DNA of 64,000 bases from Candidatus Eiseniibacteriota bacterium. GTDB lineage: Bacteria > Eisenbacteria > RBG-16-71-46 > CAZAMP01. Location: the NCBI GenBank assembly GCA_965224245.1, contig OZ245046.1, forward strand, positions 4,288,001 to 4,352,000, written 5' to 3'. The position numbers were made by a program, and so were the translations under genes. Shown in pieces: positions 1 to 9,565 of the stretch (its first letter is position 1; each line of letters opens with the position of its first letter). The notes beneath the pieces were generated by a model. It was not told the origin of the DNA. It ran no database searches and worked only from the letters and a program-made list of their open reading frames with translations.

Positions 1-2
1 AC

Positions 3-923
3 TGGCAGCCGGTCGCCGACCGATACGGGCTCCAGATCGACGTCGTGAATCAGCGGATCGATCCCACGTTCGCGTTCATGCACCTGGACAAGGACGGGGC
101 GATCCGCATGGACTGCTCATCCCCCTGGGCGATGAGTGGCCTCGTCGAGATGCGCAGTCGATTCGACATTGCGTTCGGCAACGATCCCGACGCGGACCGA
201 CATGGGATCGTGACGCCCTCTGGCCTGATGAACCCCAATCACTTCCTTTCTGTTTGTGTTCAGTATCTCCTCGCCTCCAGACCAGACTGGTCCGGGCTGG
301 GCACCATCGGCAAGACGCTCGTCTCGAGCTCGATGATCGATCGTGTGGTCCGGGAGGCGGGAAGACCACTCTACGAGGTCCCCGTCGGTTTCAAGTGGTT
401 CGTCGAGAAGCTCGCTTCCGGCGAGATGGTGTTCGCGGGCGAGGAGAGTGCCGGGGCAACATTCCTTCGCCGCGATGGAAGTGTGTGGAGCACGGACAAG
501 GATGGGATCCTGCTCAATCTACTCGGCTGCGAGATCACGGCCAGCACGGGCAAGAACCCCGCTCAACACTACTCAGATCTAGAGGAACGCTTTGGCCGCC
601 CGGTCTACCGACGATCGGACATCCCCGCCACCGCCGAGCAAAAGGCCGCGCTTCGATCGCTTTCGAGTGAGGCGATCTCCGCCGACAAGCTCGCCGGAGA
701 TCCCGTCAAGGCGATCCACGTGACGGCTCCCGGCAATCGGGCACCGATCGGGGGCGTGAAGGTCGAGAGTGACCGAGGGTGGTTCGCCGCCCGACCCTCA
801 GGTACGGAGTCCGTTTACAAGGTCTACGCCGAGAGCTTTCGTGGGCAACCGCACCTGGAGGAAATCGAAAGCGAGGCGAGATCGATCATCGAGGCGGCAT
901 TCCGCCGTGCAGGCATCGACTAG
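3..923 (+). CDS. pgm: Phosphoglucomutase (alpha-D-glucose-1,6-bisphosphate-dependent), 5'-truncated at window edge
   Basis: Frame is open from nt 3 ([23 protein letters not shown]). Motifs: IRMDCSSP, metal loop NDPDADRHG, sugar-binding GEESAG, phosphate-binding ARPSGTE. Confidence 0.95.
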   Translation, partial: WQPVADRYGLQIDVVNQRIDPTFAFMHLDKDGAIRMDCSSPWAMSGLVEMRSRFDIAFGNDPDADRHGIVTPSGLMNPNHFLSVCVQYLLASRPDWSGLGTIGKTLVSSSMIDRVVREAGRPLYEVPVGFKWFVEKLASGEMVFAGEESAGATFLRRDGSVWSTDKDGILLNLLGCEITASTGKNPAQHYSDLEERFGRPVYRRSDIPATAEQKAALRSLSSEAISADKLAGDPVKAIHVTAPGNRAPIGGVKVESDRGWFAARPSGTESVYKVYAESFRGQPHLEEIESEARSIIEAAFRRAGID

Positions 924-2359
924 AGGTCAAACCGCGTGCCGATCTCGATCTTGCCTCCCTCCGCCGCGCCGTGGAGTGAACGATGCGCCTCTCGCGTCTC
1001 GCTGAGAATTGCCGATCCTGATCGATCGACGTTCTCCAGGTTCAGCTGGGGGTCGAAATCAGCCCAGCACAGGCGAGCGGCGCCGAACGCAGGGGCGTGC
1101 CCGAGCACGTCCCGCCAGACCGGCCTACCGATGGCCGCCGATAGCCCCTCGGCCAGGTCCTTCGATGCACCGCCACCGGTCAGGAGGATCCTGCCTGTCG
1201 CGCCCTGTGGGAACAGAGCCTCGATGTCCTTCAGCTGTCCCGCCAGGTTCAACACCTGATCCAGACGTAGAGCATCCAAGAGGGCCTCGCCATCGACGGT
1301 GTGACGACCGAGGACGCCCGGCGTGACTCGAAACAGAGACTCACGATTCCAGGCAAGGGGGCCGGAGACCAGCCGAAGCGCTTCCGGCACGGCTCGTTTC
1401 GCGGACCACGGCGGAGTGTTCAGCGCTCGGTCACCCGCGCGGCGACATATCCACGCCCGTACATGTCCACTTGCCCCTGCGGACGTCTCGGCCACCCACC
1501 GATCGGTGGCGAGCTCCGACAGCCAGGGGATGGAGTCGCGAGGAGCCGCCGTCGATTGCTGTCCCGACGCGAGCACGTACTGCAGTGGACACGTCGAGCC
1601 TGCAGTGACGACGGCATCGCCAATCCGCGCGCCGACGCCGCGAGTCGCCATCTGGGTGTCGCCACCTCCCACGATCACGGGGATCTCCGTCGTCACGAGA
1701 CGTCTGATCTCGGGCACGATGACCGACCCGGCAACGTCACCAGGATTCCGCAGCGCGCCAATCTCGGGCAGATTCACGAGTCGACCTCCGTGGAAACCGG
1801 AGATCTGGTCGCGATCCTCGAGCGAGTACAGCTGGGCAGATGACAGAATGCTGGGCTCGCAGACCAGTTGGCCGGTCAGCTCGAGCACGATCCAATCGTG
1901 AACGAACGCCAGGTGGCTCGCCCTCGCCCAGGCCGGCGGGTGGTTGTGTGCCAGCCAGAGCAGCTTCAGCAACGTCGAGAACGGGGGCGTCCAGACTCGA
2001 CTCGCCCCCTCATAGTACTCGAGCTCCTGCAAGTGATCGTCGAGAAGCGACTTCCCGCGCGTGTCGAGATTCATCACCCCCTCTGACACGGGCTCATTGC
2101 CGTCGAGCAAGACGAACGCTTGCCGAATCGAGCCCACGACGATGCCATCGATCCGTTCACCACGATCGACAGCCCACGCCACGGCACGCCTCATTGCTTC
2201 GAGAACGATGCGCGACCACTCGGAGGGTTCGAACGAGAGCATCGCCCCTCTCGCCGTGAGCGGCAGGACGTACGACTCACCAGAGACGACTCCATCATGG
2301 GTTATCGCCTGTAGCTTTAGCGCTGAACCGCCGACATCCACGTAGAAGACGACGCTCAT
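920..2359 (-). CDS. FGGY-family carbohydrate kinase, LsrK (AI-2 kinase)/xylulokinase-like
   Basis: N-terminal [10 protein letters not shown] phosphate-1 motif, [30 protein letters not shown] and LTGGGA. Start overlaps the upstream stop (ATGA, 2356-2359). Confidence 0.85.
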   Translation of the reverse strand: MSVVFYVDVGGSALKLQAITHDGVVSGESYVLPLTARGAMLSFEPSEWSRIVLEAMRRAVAWAVDRGERIDGIVVGSIRQAFVLLDGNEPVSEGVMNLDTRGKSLLDDHLQELEYYEGASRVWTPPFSTLLKLLWLAHNHPPAWARASHLAFVHDWIVLELTGQLVCEPSILSSAQLYSLEDRDQISGFHGGRLVNLPEIGALRNPGDVAGSVIVPEIRRLVTTEIPVIVGGGDTQMATRGVGARIGDAVVTAGSTCPLQYVLASGQQSTAAPRDSIPWLSELATDRWVAETSAGASGHVRAWICRRAGDRALNTPPWSAKRAVPEALRLVSGPLAWNRESLFRVTPGVLGRHTVDGEALLDALRLDQVLNLAGQLKDIEALFPQGATGRILLTGGGASKDLAEGLSAAIGRPVWRDVLGHAPAFGAARLCWADFDPQLNLENVDRSGSAILSETREAHRSLHGAAEGGKIEIGTRFDL

Positions 2360-3690
2360 GCCGGTGTCGTGGGGTGTGCTCGATCTCGAACTTCTAGGAT
2401 CTGATCGACGATCTCCTGAAAGCTACCGTCCTCGGAGAGAATGTGTGTCGTCATCTCGGGCAAGCTGGCTCGCACACCTCGATCATCATCGCTGTCCCCG
2501 ATGAAATGGCATGCTCCACGATTCAGAACGAGTCTCTGGATCGCGTCCTCGAACATCCCCGCCTTGGGCTTTCGGCAGTTGCACCCCTCGTGCTCGGCGT
2601 GCGTGCAGTAGATGATCCGATCGAAGTAAACCCCATGCTGCCGAAACGCGTTCTTCATTCGCTGAGTGAGCCGTGCGAGCCCGCTCGTCGGCGAGACGCC
2701 GATCGCGACAGAATGCTGGTTACTCACGATCACCAGCCGATAACCTGCCGACGCCAGCCGTTTCAATCCCTCCACGCGACCGGGAAGAACCTCGATATCG
2801 ACCGTGTCGGGATCGTCGAAGTACGACACGTTCTTGATCAACGTGTCGTCACGGTCGAGAAACACTGCCTTCGATCGAGCGATCCCCCGCTCGACCCACT
2901 CGATCTCCCGATCGGCGGCCAACGCCACGTCCCACTCCGCATCGAACCACTTCGACATGGCTTCGAACCATGTCGACCCTTGCGCGACCTTGACGCAGGG
3001 TGAGTCATGCCCCGGCCGCCTGTCGGCAAAGGGAGACACGTACATGGTAGTCGTGCCGCCGAGGAGGTGGAACTGGATCGGCTGCAGCGACCACCTAACC
3101 GAGGCTTGTAGCTCCGCCAGTGACATCAGATGGCGGGTGCAGATCACGATTCGCTCTCGCATGAGACGATACTGCTGATTGGGCTCGGCATCGCAGCGAG
3201 CACGGAGGTGCGGTGATGACGGGTGAGCCAGTAGCACGCGGATCCTGCGTTCACTCTGCTGCACGTTTGCTAGGAGCTCACCCCACTCCTTCGAGGTGAG
3301 GGGGAGTGTGGTGTCCCACTCACCCGAGATCGACGCCAGCCGAAGCGGCCAGCTGCCATCCTGCGCAAACTGCTCAAGCCGACGACGCGCTGTGGAGATC
3401 CGGGCCTCCCGACCCGCCGGGAACCACGTCCGTCTTCCCTCGACGAACTCGAGGTCGGTGACACGGACGCGACGTACCCGGCGACGAAGGAGCAGAGCCA
3501 CCAGGACCAGGACACCGGTCGCGAGGGCGGTCAGCAGGCGCATCGCAGCGCGCTGCTCGCTTGTCCAGTCACTTGCGAACGGGAAAAGGGCGCTGATGTC
3601 GGCGAGCACCGAGTAGTAAGTACCGAAGGAGACGGCGATCGCGGTTATCCAATACGCAGGCGGCAGGACCGCCTTGGAACTAGTCGGCAT
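2356..3690 (-). CDS. Fusion protein: 2 TM helices + DUF5919/PLD-like domain + HAD-IIIA phosphatase (GmhB/HisB-N-like)
   Basis: Two hydrophobic N-terminal segments. Middle domain has IRVLLAHP...MYVSPF...GHDSP...WFDAEW. C-terminal HAD motifs: AVFLDRDDTL, VIVSNQ, Zn site CTH...CNCRKPKAGM, FIGDSDDD. Confidence 0.8.
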   Translation of the reverse strand: MPTSSKAVLPPAYWITAIAVSFGTYYSVLADISALFPFASDWTSEQRAAMRLLTALATGVLVLVALLLRRRVRRVRVTDLEFVEGRRTWFPAGREARISTARRRLEQFAQDGSWPLRLASISGEWDTTLPLTSKEWGELLANVQQSERRIRVLLAHPSSPHLRARCDAEPNQQYRLMRERIVICTRHLMSLAELQASVRWSLQPIQFHLLGGTTTMYVSPFADRRPGHDSPCVKVAQGSTWFEAMSKWFDAEWDVALAADREIEWVERGIARSKAVFLDRDDTLIKNVSYFDDPDTVDIEVLPGRVEGLKRLASAGYRLVIVSNQHSVAIGVSPTSGLARLTQRMKNAFRQHGVYFDRIIYCTHAEHEGCNCRKPKAGMFEDAIQRLVLNRGACHFIGDSDDDRGVRASLPEMTTHILSEDGSFQEIVDQILEVRDRAHPTTPA

Positions 3691-3910
3691 CCCTAAACCC
3701 GTCGTGTCGACTGTGCTTGACCACTAGTTTGTCGAGTGAGTTTACCGCAGCACTATTCCGGCGCAAAGTGACGTCGGGATCCGCTCGAGGCGGGTCGACG
3801 CAGTCGCTGTCAATCGATTCGTCGGCGATGCTTGAGGACGCACCTCCGGCAGGAGCGGATGCGCTCGTTTGGGCGCGCGTCCGTTCAGGCCAGCGGTCCG
3901 CGCCGGAGCT

Positions 3911-4987
3911 TCAGTCCGACGTCCCGGACGCCCCGAACACCGACCGCAGCTGCGTCCAGGACATCCTCGAGATCGGCACCACGGTGTCGTACAGCGTCGT
4001 CCGGTAGTTCAGGAGCACGCATCGCATGCGCTGCGCCTGCTCGGGCGTGAAGTTCGTCATGCAGGTGTCGTCGGAGTAGTCCATGTAGTTGTGGTACGGG
4101 TCCGGGGTCGAGCAGCTCTCCGACGACACGGGGCACCCGAACACCGAGGCCTCCTCGGGGCTCGTGTCGCAGATGCGATCCCCGCTGGAGTAACAGTTGG
4201 GGGGAGCCTCGGCCTGACAGCCGTCCTGGAACGTGTGGAAGAGCCCGAGGTAGTGACCGACCTCGTGCGTGGCCGTGCGGCCCTGCGAGTACGGTCCGCC
4301 GCCGACCGCAGGACGGCCGAAGGCGCTCCACAGGATGACCACGCGATCCTCAGCGGTGCCTCGGCGCGCATCCTGGGGCAGAAACGGCACGTAGCCGAGC
4401 GCCGCCCCGGCCTTCGGATTGAGCGTGTAGATGTTCAGATACTCGTTGGGATCCCACGCGAGCGACGTCCAGTAGTCCCCGTCGTCGTTGAACCAGGTCG
4501 CGTTCGTGGTCCGCGTGATCCCGTTGGTCGGCGAGCCGTCGGGCATCTCGGTGGCGAGCTTGAACGCGATGCGGGTGTCGGTGCCGCCGGCCCCCGGCGT
4601 TCCCGCCATGGCCTGGAAGTCCTCGTTCATCACGTCGATCTGGCTGCGGACCAGCTCGTCGGTCAGGTCGCCCTGACCCATCCCGTTCGCGATGATGTGA
4701 ACGACGACCGGAATCTCGTAGATGTTGCCGGGCAGGTAGGCGTCGTTCAGCGTCGTCGACGTGAGGCTGCAGTCGCTGGGAGGCGTCGCGGCGAGGTCGG
4801 CCGCGTCCAGCTCCGGCGTCGCGCAGCGGCCCCCCACGGCGCGGAACACGTCCGACGCCCAGTAGGCCTCGTAGGTCTCGAATGCCTGTCCCTCGACGAC
4901 CACCGGTGCCTCGGCGGCGGCGAGCGAGGCCGCGGCCAGCGCGACCGGGAGCGGTGCGAGACCTCTCTGCAGCGCGATTCGCTTCAT
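3911..4987 (-). CDS. Secreted zinc metalloprotease, M43 (pappalysin/ulilysin) family
   Basis: Start reassigned to MKRIAL after SD GGAGGA. Signal peptide, RCAT cysteine switch, HEVGHYLGLFHTF, Met-turn NYMDY, FTPEQ. Short C-terminal tail ISRMSWTQLRSVF. Confidence 0.92.
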   Translation of the reverse strand: MKRIALQRGLAPLPVALAAASLAAAEAPVVVEGQAFETYEAYWASDVFRAVGGRCATPELDAADLAATPPSDCSLTSTTLNDAYLPGNIYEIPVVVHIIANGMGQGDLTDELVRSQIDVMNEDFQAMAGTPGAGGTDTRIAFKLATEMPDGSPTNGITRTTNATWFNDDGDYWTSLAWDPNEYLNIYTLNPKAGAALGYVPFLPQDARRGTAEDRVVILWSAFGRPAVGGGPYSQGRTATHEVGHYLGLFHTFQDGCQAEAPPNCYSSGDRICDTSPEEASVFGCPVSSESCSTPDPYHNYMDYSDDTCMTNFTPEQAQRMRCVLLNYRTTLYDTVVPISRMSWTQLRSVFGASGTSD

Positions 4988-5043
4988 GACTCCTCCGTGA
5001 AAGGACCTCCGCCGCGGGCTCGCCCCGGCGACACGTCGATCAA

Positions 5044-5478
5044 CTACTGTTTGTCGGGCGCCGCCGGCGCGTTCTTTCGTCCTTCGCTCTCGCCGGCGAC
5101 GATGGCGCTGGCCTCGATCTCGACCAGGAACTCGGGCGCGACCAGCGCCCGTACGCCGAGCCCGGTGCAGGCCGGACGGACGTCGCCGAACACCGCGGCG
5201 TGGGCGCGCGCGGCCTCGGGCCAGGTCGTCACGTCGGTCAGGTAGATCCGGGTGCGCACGACGTCGGCGAGGCTCGCGCCCGCGGCCGCCAGCGCCGCTC
5301 CGATCGTCGACAGGATGTGGGCGGTCTGCGCGTGCACGTCCCCCGGCCCCACGACGTTCCCGTCGGCGTCGATCGCGACCGTGCCCGACACCTCGACCCA
5401 GGGTCCCACGCGAACCGCTCGCGAGTAGCCCACGATGGACTCCCACGGAGCTCCGGACGAGACGCTGGTTCGCTCCAA
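5044..5478 (-). CDS. RidA/YjgF/YER057c/UK114 family protein
   Basis: TTG start after SD GGAGG. SSGAPWESIVGYSRAVRVG, VSGT, DVVRTRIY, RPACT, LVEIEA. Confidence 0.92.
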   Translation of the reverse strand: MERTSVSSGAPWESIVGYSRAVRVGPWVEVSGTVAIDADGNVVGPGDVHAQTAHILSTIGAALAAAGASLADVVRTRIYLTDVTTWPEAARAHAAVFGDVRPACTGLGVRALVAPEFLVEIEASAIVAGESEGRKNAPAAPDKQ

Positions 5479-5569
5479 TCGAGACCTCCGGTGAGATCGA
5501 GCGGATTCGGCGACGACCACGTGGTGAACGGGGATCCCCGGGATCCTAGGCGGCCCGATCGCGAGCGCC

Positions 5570-5605
5570 AAACGAAAACGGCCCCGGGGCGAGTGCCCGG
5601 GGCCG
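5570..5605 (-). terminator. Intrinsic terminator downstream of the second M43 gene
   Basis: 10-bp stem CGGCCCCGGG (5579-5588)/CCCGGGGCCG (5596-5605), followed on the minus strand by TTTTCGTTT. Confidence 0.8.
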
Positions 5606-5630
5606 CGTCGTGTCGAGATCGTGGACGAGG

Positions 5631-6956
5631 CTACTTCATCAGCACCATGCGGCGCGTCAGCGACTGGCCCGCCATGTCCAGGCGATAGAAGTACACGCCT
5701 GTGGCCACCGAGCGCGCCTCGTTGTCGAGACCGTCCCACGTGAACTCGTGCAGACCGGCGTCGAACGAGCCCTCTGCGAGGTCACGGATGACACGACCGT
5801 TCACGTCGAGCACGTGAAGCGCGACCTCGCCCTCGTTCGCGAGGTCGAACGTGATCCGCGTGCGCGGATTGAACGGGTTCGGCTGGTTCTGGTGCAGCGT
5901 GAACAGCTGACCCGAGGACACCACGTCACCGACCGCGACGACGTCGATCACGTCGTACACCGCCGGGCGGTAGTTGATGAGCGCGCAGCGCATCCGGTTG
6001 CACTGCTCGGGCGTGAAGTTGTTCATGCAGGTGTCGTTCGTGTAGTCCATGTAGTTCCGGAACGGATCGATCGTGCCGCAGCTCGAGCCGCCGCAGCTGA
6101 AGCGCGGGTTGGCCTCGGGCTCGGTGTCGCAGATCAGGTCACCGCTCGTGTAGCACGCCGCCGCCGAGCCGCAGCCGCTCTGGAACGTGTGGTAGAGACC
6201 TGCCCAGTGGCCGACCTCGTGCGTGGCGGTCCGGCCCTGGTTGTACGGCGATCCCGGTGAGTCCCGGCCGAAGTACCGCCACCCGATGACGACGCGATCA
6301 GCGATCGCGCCCGCAATACCCGACCACGGGAAGCCCGGGACGTAGCCCAGGATCGACGAGGACCCCTGCGGCGCCCCGAGCGTGTAGATGTTCAGGAATC
6401 GGCTCGTGTCCTGGCCGAGCACGGCGTAGTACCAGCCGCCGGCCCCGGAATCGAACTGGTCGTTGTACCAGTTGTTGTTCGCGGTGCGCGTGATGCCCGT
6501 GGAGGGATTGCCGTTCTCGTCCTCGGTGGCGAGCTTGAAGCGAATCGCGCAGTCGGTTCCCGGCTCGCCCGGCGTGCCCACGAGGGCCTGGAAGTCCTCG
6601 TTGAGGATGTCGATCTGGCTCTGCACCATCGTGTCGGACATGTTTCCGGCACCGCTGGTGGTCGTGATGATGTGCACGAACACCGGGATCTCGTAGATGT
6701 CGACCGGGTTGTACAGGGAGCTGATCACGGTCTGCGAGCCGTTGCAGTCCGACGGCGGCGTGCGCTCGAGATCGTCCAGGGTCGGCGCCGGCGTTCCGCA
6801 GCGATCCCCGCTCAGGCGGAAGGCGTCGGAGGCATGATAGTCGGCCCAGCTGGCGTAGGTGACACCACGCACCTCCACCGGCTCGGCGCCGGCGGTGAGA
6901 GTCTGGAACGCGAGTGCGGCCAGAGCCGCGAGCGCTACGCGCGATTCGATCTTCAT
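5631..6956 (-). CDS. Secreted M43 zinc metalloprotease with C-terminal FlgD-Ig-like (secretion/sorting-type) domain
   Basis: Start MKIESR after SD GGAGG. RCGT, HEVGHWAGLYHTF, NYMDY. C-terminal domain LHQNQPNPFNPRT...WDG...GVYFYRL. Confidence 0.93.
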   Translation of the reverse strand: MKIESRVALAALAALAFQTLTAGAEPVEVRGVTYASWADYHASDAFRLSGDRCGTPAPTLDDLERTPPSDCNGSQTVISSLYNPVDIYEIPVFVHIITTTSGAGNMSDTMVQSQIDILNEDFQALVGTPGEPGTDCAIRFKLATEDENGNPSTGITRTANNNWYNDQFDSGAGGWYYAVLGQDTSRFLNIYTLGAPQGSSSILGYVPGFPWSGIAGAIADRVVIGWRYFGRDSPGSPYNQGRTATHEVGHWAGLYHTFQSGCGSAAACYTSGDLICDTEPEANPRFSCGGSSCGTIDPFRNYMDYTNDTCMNNFTPEQCNRMRCALINYRPAVYDVIDVVAVGDVVSSGQLFTLHQNQPNPFNPRTRITFDLANEGEVALHVLDVNGRVIRDLAEGSFDAGLHEFTWDGLDNEARSVATGVYFYRLDMAGQSLTRRMVLMK

Positions 6957-7210
6957 CGTGCCTCCGTGTAAACGATGGATGCCACTCGAGCCGCGGTTGC
7001 CCTCCGGCAGCATCGAGCAGACTTCGAGATGGGGGATTTGGCTGTCGAGTCCTCGTAACAGGGCCATCAGTTTAGCGGGGAGACGCGCGATCGATCAAGC
7101 GGGATCGACGACAACTGCTTGCAATACGCCACGTTTCGCGATCCAAACCTCGACACGGCGTTCGGGCGAGATCCGCCGAATCGGTGCGCAACCCGATGCC
7201 CGGCGGGGAG

Positions 7211-7239
7211 TTGACGTCACAAAACGCGCACCCTAGACT
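7211..7239 (+). promoter_or_regulatory. Sigma70-type promoter for the LysM amidase
   Basis: TTGACG (7211-7216), 17-nt spacer, TAGACT (7234-7239). Confidence 0.7.
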
Positions 7240-7346
7240 GCCGCTCCGGCGTCGCACCACCCCCGACCACGAACGTCGGTTCGCTTCGGCATCGGAGCGG
7301 GCCGGCTCGATTCAACCGGACCCAGGTCCACACGCGGCGAAACGAC

Positions 7347-9554
7347 ATGCACGGTCGCCCGACGAGGTCCCTTGCGCGCCGAGAACGCCCTTGGCGGCGC
7401 CTCGCGTCGCTCGCACTGGCGTCGTGCGCGCTCGTCGTCCCCTGGCCGATCTCCGCCTCGGCAACGGCGCCGCTCGCGGCCGCCGCGACGGCCCACGGCG
7501 CCGCCCCGGCCCAGCACGTCGTGGCCCCCGGAGAGAGCCTCAGCCACCTCGCCGAGCGCTACGGCGTCTCGATCCGGCAGCTCCGCGAGTGGAACGACCT
7601 CGGAAGCGACCTGATCCAGGTCGGCGAGGCGCTCGTCATCGCGCCGCCGCACGCGGAGCCGCCGCCGCTGAGCTTCGAGCGCCCCGGACGGCGCGGCCCG
7701 ACGCCGGCGCGCGGGCGCGCCGACGGAGCGGCAGACCGCGAGCCCGACGAGCCGTTGCCGTCCCGGGACGCCCCCCCGAGCACGTCCGCCTCCCCGGCCC
7801 CCGACGACCGCGACGTCCGGACCACTCACGTCGTCCGGCCCGGCGACACGCTCTCCGAGATCGCGGCGGCCCACGACGTGTCGGTCAGCACGCTGCGCGA
7901 TCTCAATCACATGAGCGGCGATCGGATCTACGTCGGCCAGGTTCTCCGCACGACCGAGACCGACGAGGACACGACCCGGGACCACACGCCGAGCGCGGAG
8001 TACATCGTGCAGCGAGGCGACACGCTCTCGGAGATCGCCCAGCGCTTCGGCGTGTCGATGAGCCTCCTGCGCGGCGCCAACGACCTCGCCGGAGACACCA
8101 TCGTGCCCGGCCAGCGGCTCCGGCTCACCCCCAGCGCGTCGGACGCGACCGTCGTGCACGTCGTGCGGCCGGGCGAATCGCTGTCGGCGATCGGCCAGCG
8201 CTACGGCGTCCGGGTCTCCGAGCTCCAGCGATTGAACGGCCTCCGGGGCTCGCGCATCTACGCCGGCCAGCGACTGCGTCTGCGGGCGACGCCGCGCGCG
8301 ACCCACGTCGTGGAGCGGGGCGATGCGCTGTGGGAGATCGCCGCCGCCTACGGCATGACCGTGACCGAGCTCGAGGCCCTGAACGGGCTCACGTCCAGCC
8401 GCATCTATCCCGGGCAGGTGTTGCAGCTCTCCGAGAGCGGCGCCAGCGCGACCGACACGTACGTGGTCAAGCGCGGCGATTCGCTGAGCGAGATCGCGCT
8501 CCTGCACCAGATGAGCCTCTCGGAGCTGATGGCGGCCAACCGCCTGACGTCGACCACGATCCATCCGGGACAGTCGCTCGAGGTACGTCCGCTCCTGCGG
8601 GGAGCCCGCGGCCAGGGCCCCACGCTGGAGAACGTCGTCTGGTCGCGGCTCGGCACCGACGTGGCCGGCTTCCGTCACATCGCGGCGGAGAACGGGCCGT
8701 ACCTGGGCCACCGTCCCCGGGCGGCCTACCAGCGGAGCAAGGGCTATCTGGAGGAGAGCGGCGTCGGACCCTGGACCGCCTACCGGCGAGCCTCGACGCT
8801 CCTGGCCGCCTTCGACGCCGAGGTCGACCGCATGCCCCGGCTCAGCAATCGCCTGGCGGGATGGCACATCGTGCTCGACCCCGGGCACGGGGGCATCGAC
8901 CCCGGGACCATCTCGAAGGTGCTGGACGGACGCGGCGACCCGGTGTTCGTCGTCGAGGACGAGTACGTCTACGACATCACCCTACGCATGTACGTGCTCC
9001 TGCGGCTGCACGGCGCCGACGTGACGCTGACGCTCTTGAGCCCCAATCACCTGATCCGCGCGTCCAATCCGGCCACGCGTACGTTCGTGCACGAGCGGAA
9101 CGAGGTATACAACGACCGCGAGCACAACCGGCGGAACGGTCCGGCACAGTGGCCGCGCGGCGGTCAGGCGGGGCTCGACGCGCGGATCGACGTCGCAAGA
9201 GCCGCGTTCGCGGGCGCCCGGCAGTCCAGGCGGCTGTTCCTGTCGATCCACGCCGACAACAGCCCCGGCACGCCGAACGTACCCCTGATCCTCTACTACG
9301 CGAGCCGTTCCCGGACCGACGGTCGCTCGCGGGGCTTCGCGAGGGCACTCCTGCCGTCGCTCGGCGCCGGTGCCCAGATGCGGGGACAGAACCTCGGCGT
9401 CCTCCGCCACAACCCCGCCGACTTCAAGCTGCTGGTCGAGGTCCGGAACGTGGCCTACGCGGACGAGGCGTGGTGCCTGCGCTTCGAGGAGCTGCGCCAG
9501 CGGGACGCCGAAAAAGTCGTTCGAGGGGTGCTCAACACCGTCAAGTCCCTGTAG
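7347..9554 (+). CDS. LysM-repeat (6x) N-acetylmuramoyl-L-alanine amidase (Amidase_3)
   Basis: Signal peptide. Six LysM units of the form (H/Y)xVxxG(D/E)xLxxIAxx(Y/F)G...LxxxNxL...IxxGQxL. Catalytic motifs IVLDPGHGG, E, FLSIHAD, LVEV. Confidence 0.92.
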   Translation: MHGRPTRSLARRERPWRRLASLALASCALVVPWPISASATAPLAAAATAHGAAPAQHVVAPGESLSHLAERYGVSIRQLREWNDLGSDLIQVGEALVIAPPHAEPPPLSFERPGRRGPTPARGRADGAADREPDEPLPSRDAPPSTSASPAPDDRDVRTTHVVRPGDTLSEIAAAHDVSVSTLRDLNHMSGDRIYVGQVLRTTETDEDTTRDHTPSAEYIVQRGDTLSEIAQRFGVSMSLLRGANDLAGDTIVPGQRLRLTPSASDATVVHVVRPGESLSAIGQRYGVRVSELQRLNGLRGSRIYAGQRLRLRATPRATHVVERGDALWEIAAAYGMTVTELEALNGLTSSRIYPGQVLQLSESGASATDTYVVKRGDSLSEIALLHQMSLSELMAANRLTSTTIHPGQSLEVRPLLRGARGQGPTLENVVWSRLGTDVAGFRHIAAENGPYLGHRPRAAYQRSKGYLEESGVGPWTAYRRASTLLAAFDAEVDRMPRLSNRLAGWHIVLDPGHGGIDPGTISKVLDGRGDPVFVVEDEYVYDITLRMYVLLRLHGADVTLTLLSPNHLIRASNPATRTFVHERNEVYNDREHNRRNGPAQWPRGGQAGLDARIDVARAAFAGARQSRRLFLSIHADNSPGTPNVPLILYYASRSRTDGRSRGFARALLPSLGAGAQMRGQNLGVLRHNPADFKLLVEVRNVAYADEAWCLRFEELRQRDAEKVVRGVLNTVKSL

Positions 9555-9565
9555 TCTTTCCCGCC

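Noticed and set aside
2356-2880. Calling the HAD domain gmhB or hisB
   Set aside because: It is a fused domain with DRDDT instead of DRDGT and no heptose or histidine pathway context, so the substrate cannot be assigned.
7170-7346. c-di-AMP (ydaO) riboswitch upstream of the LysM amidase
   Set aside because: GCCGAATC is present but lies upstream of the promoter, and the conserved 3' CCCGTCAGCTAAC segment is absent.
7184-9565. N-terminal ~790 aa of the 1185-aa ORF as a giant adaptor fusion
   Set aside because: Arg/Pro-rich off-frame shadow of the LysM amidase; adaptor homology starts at 9566.
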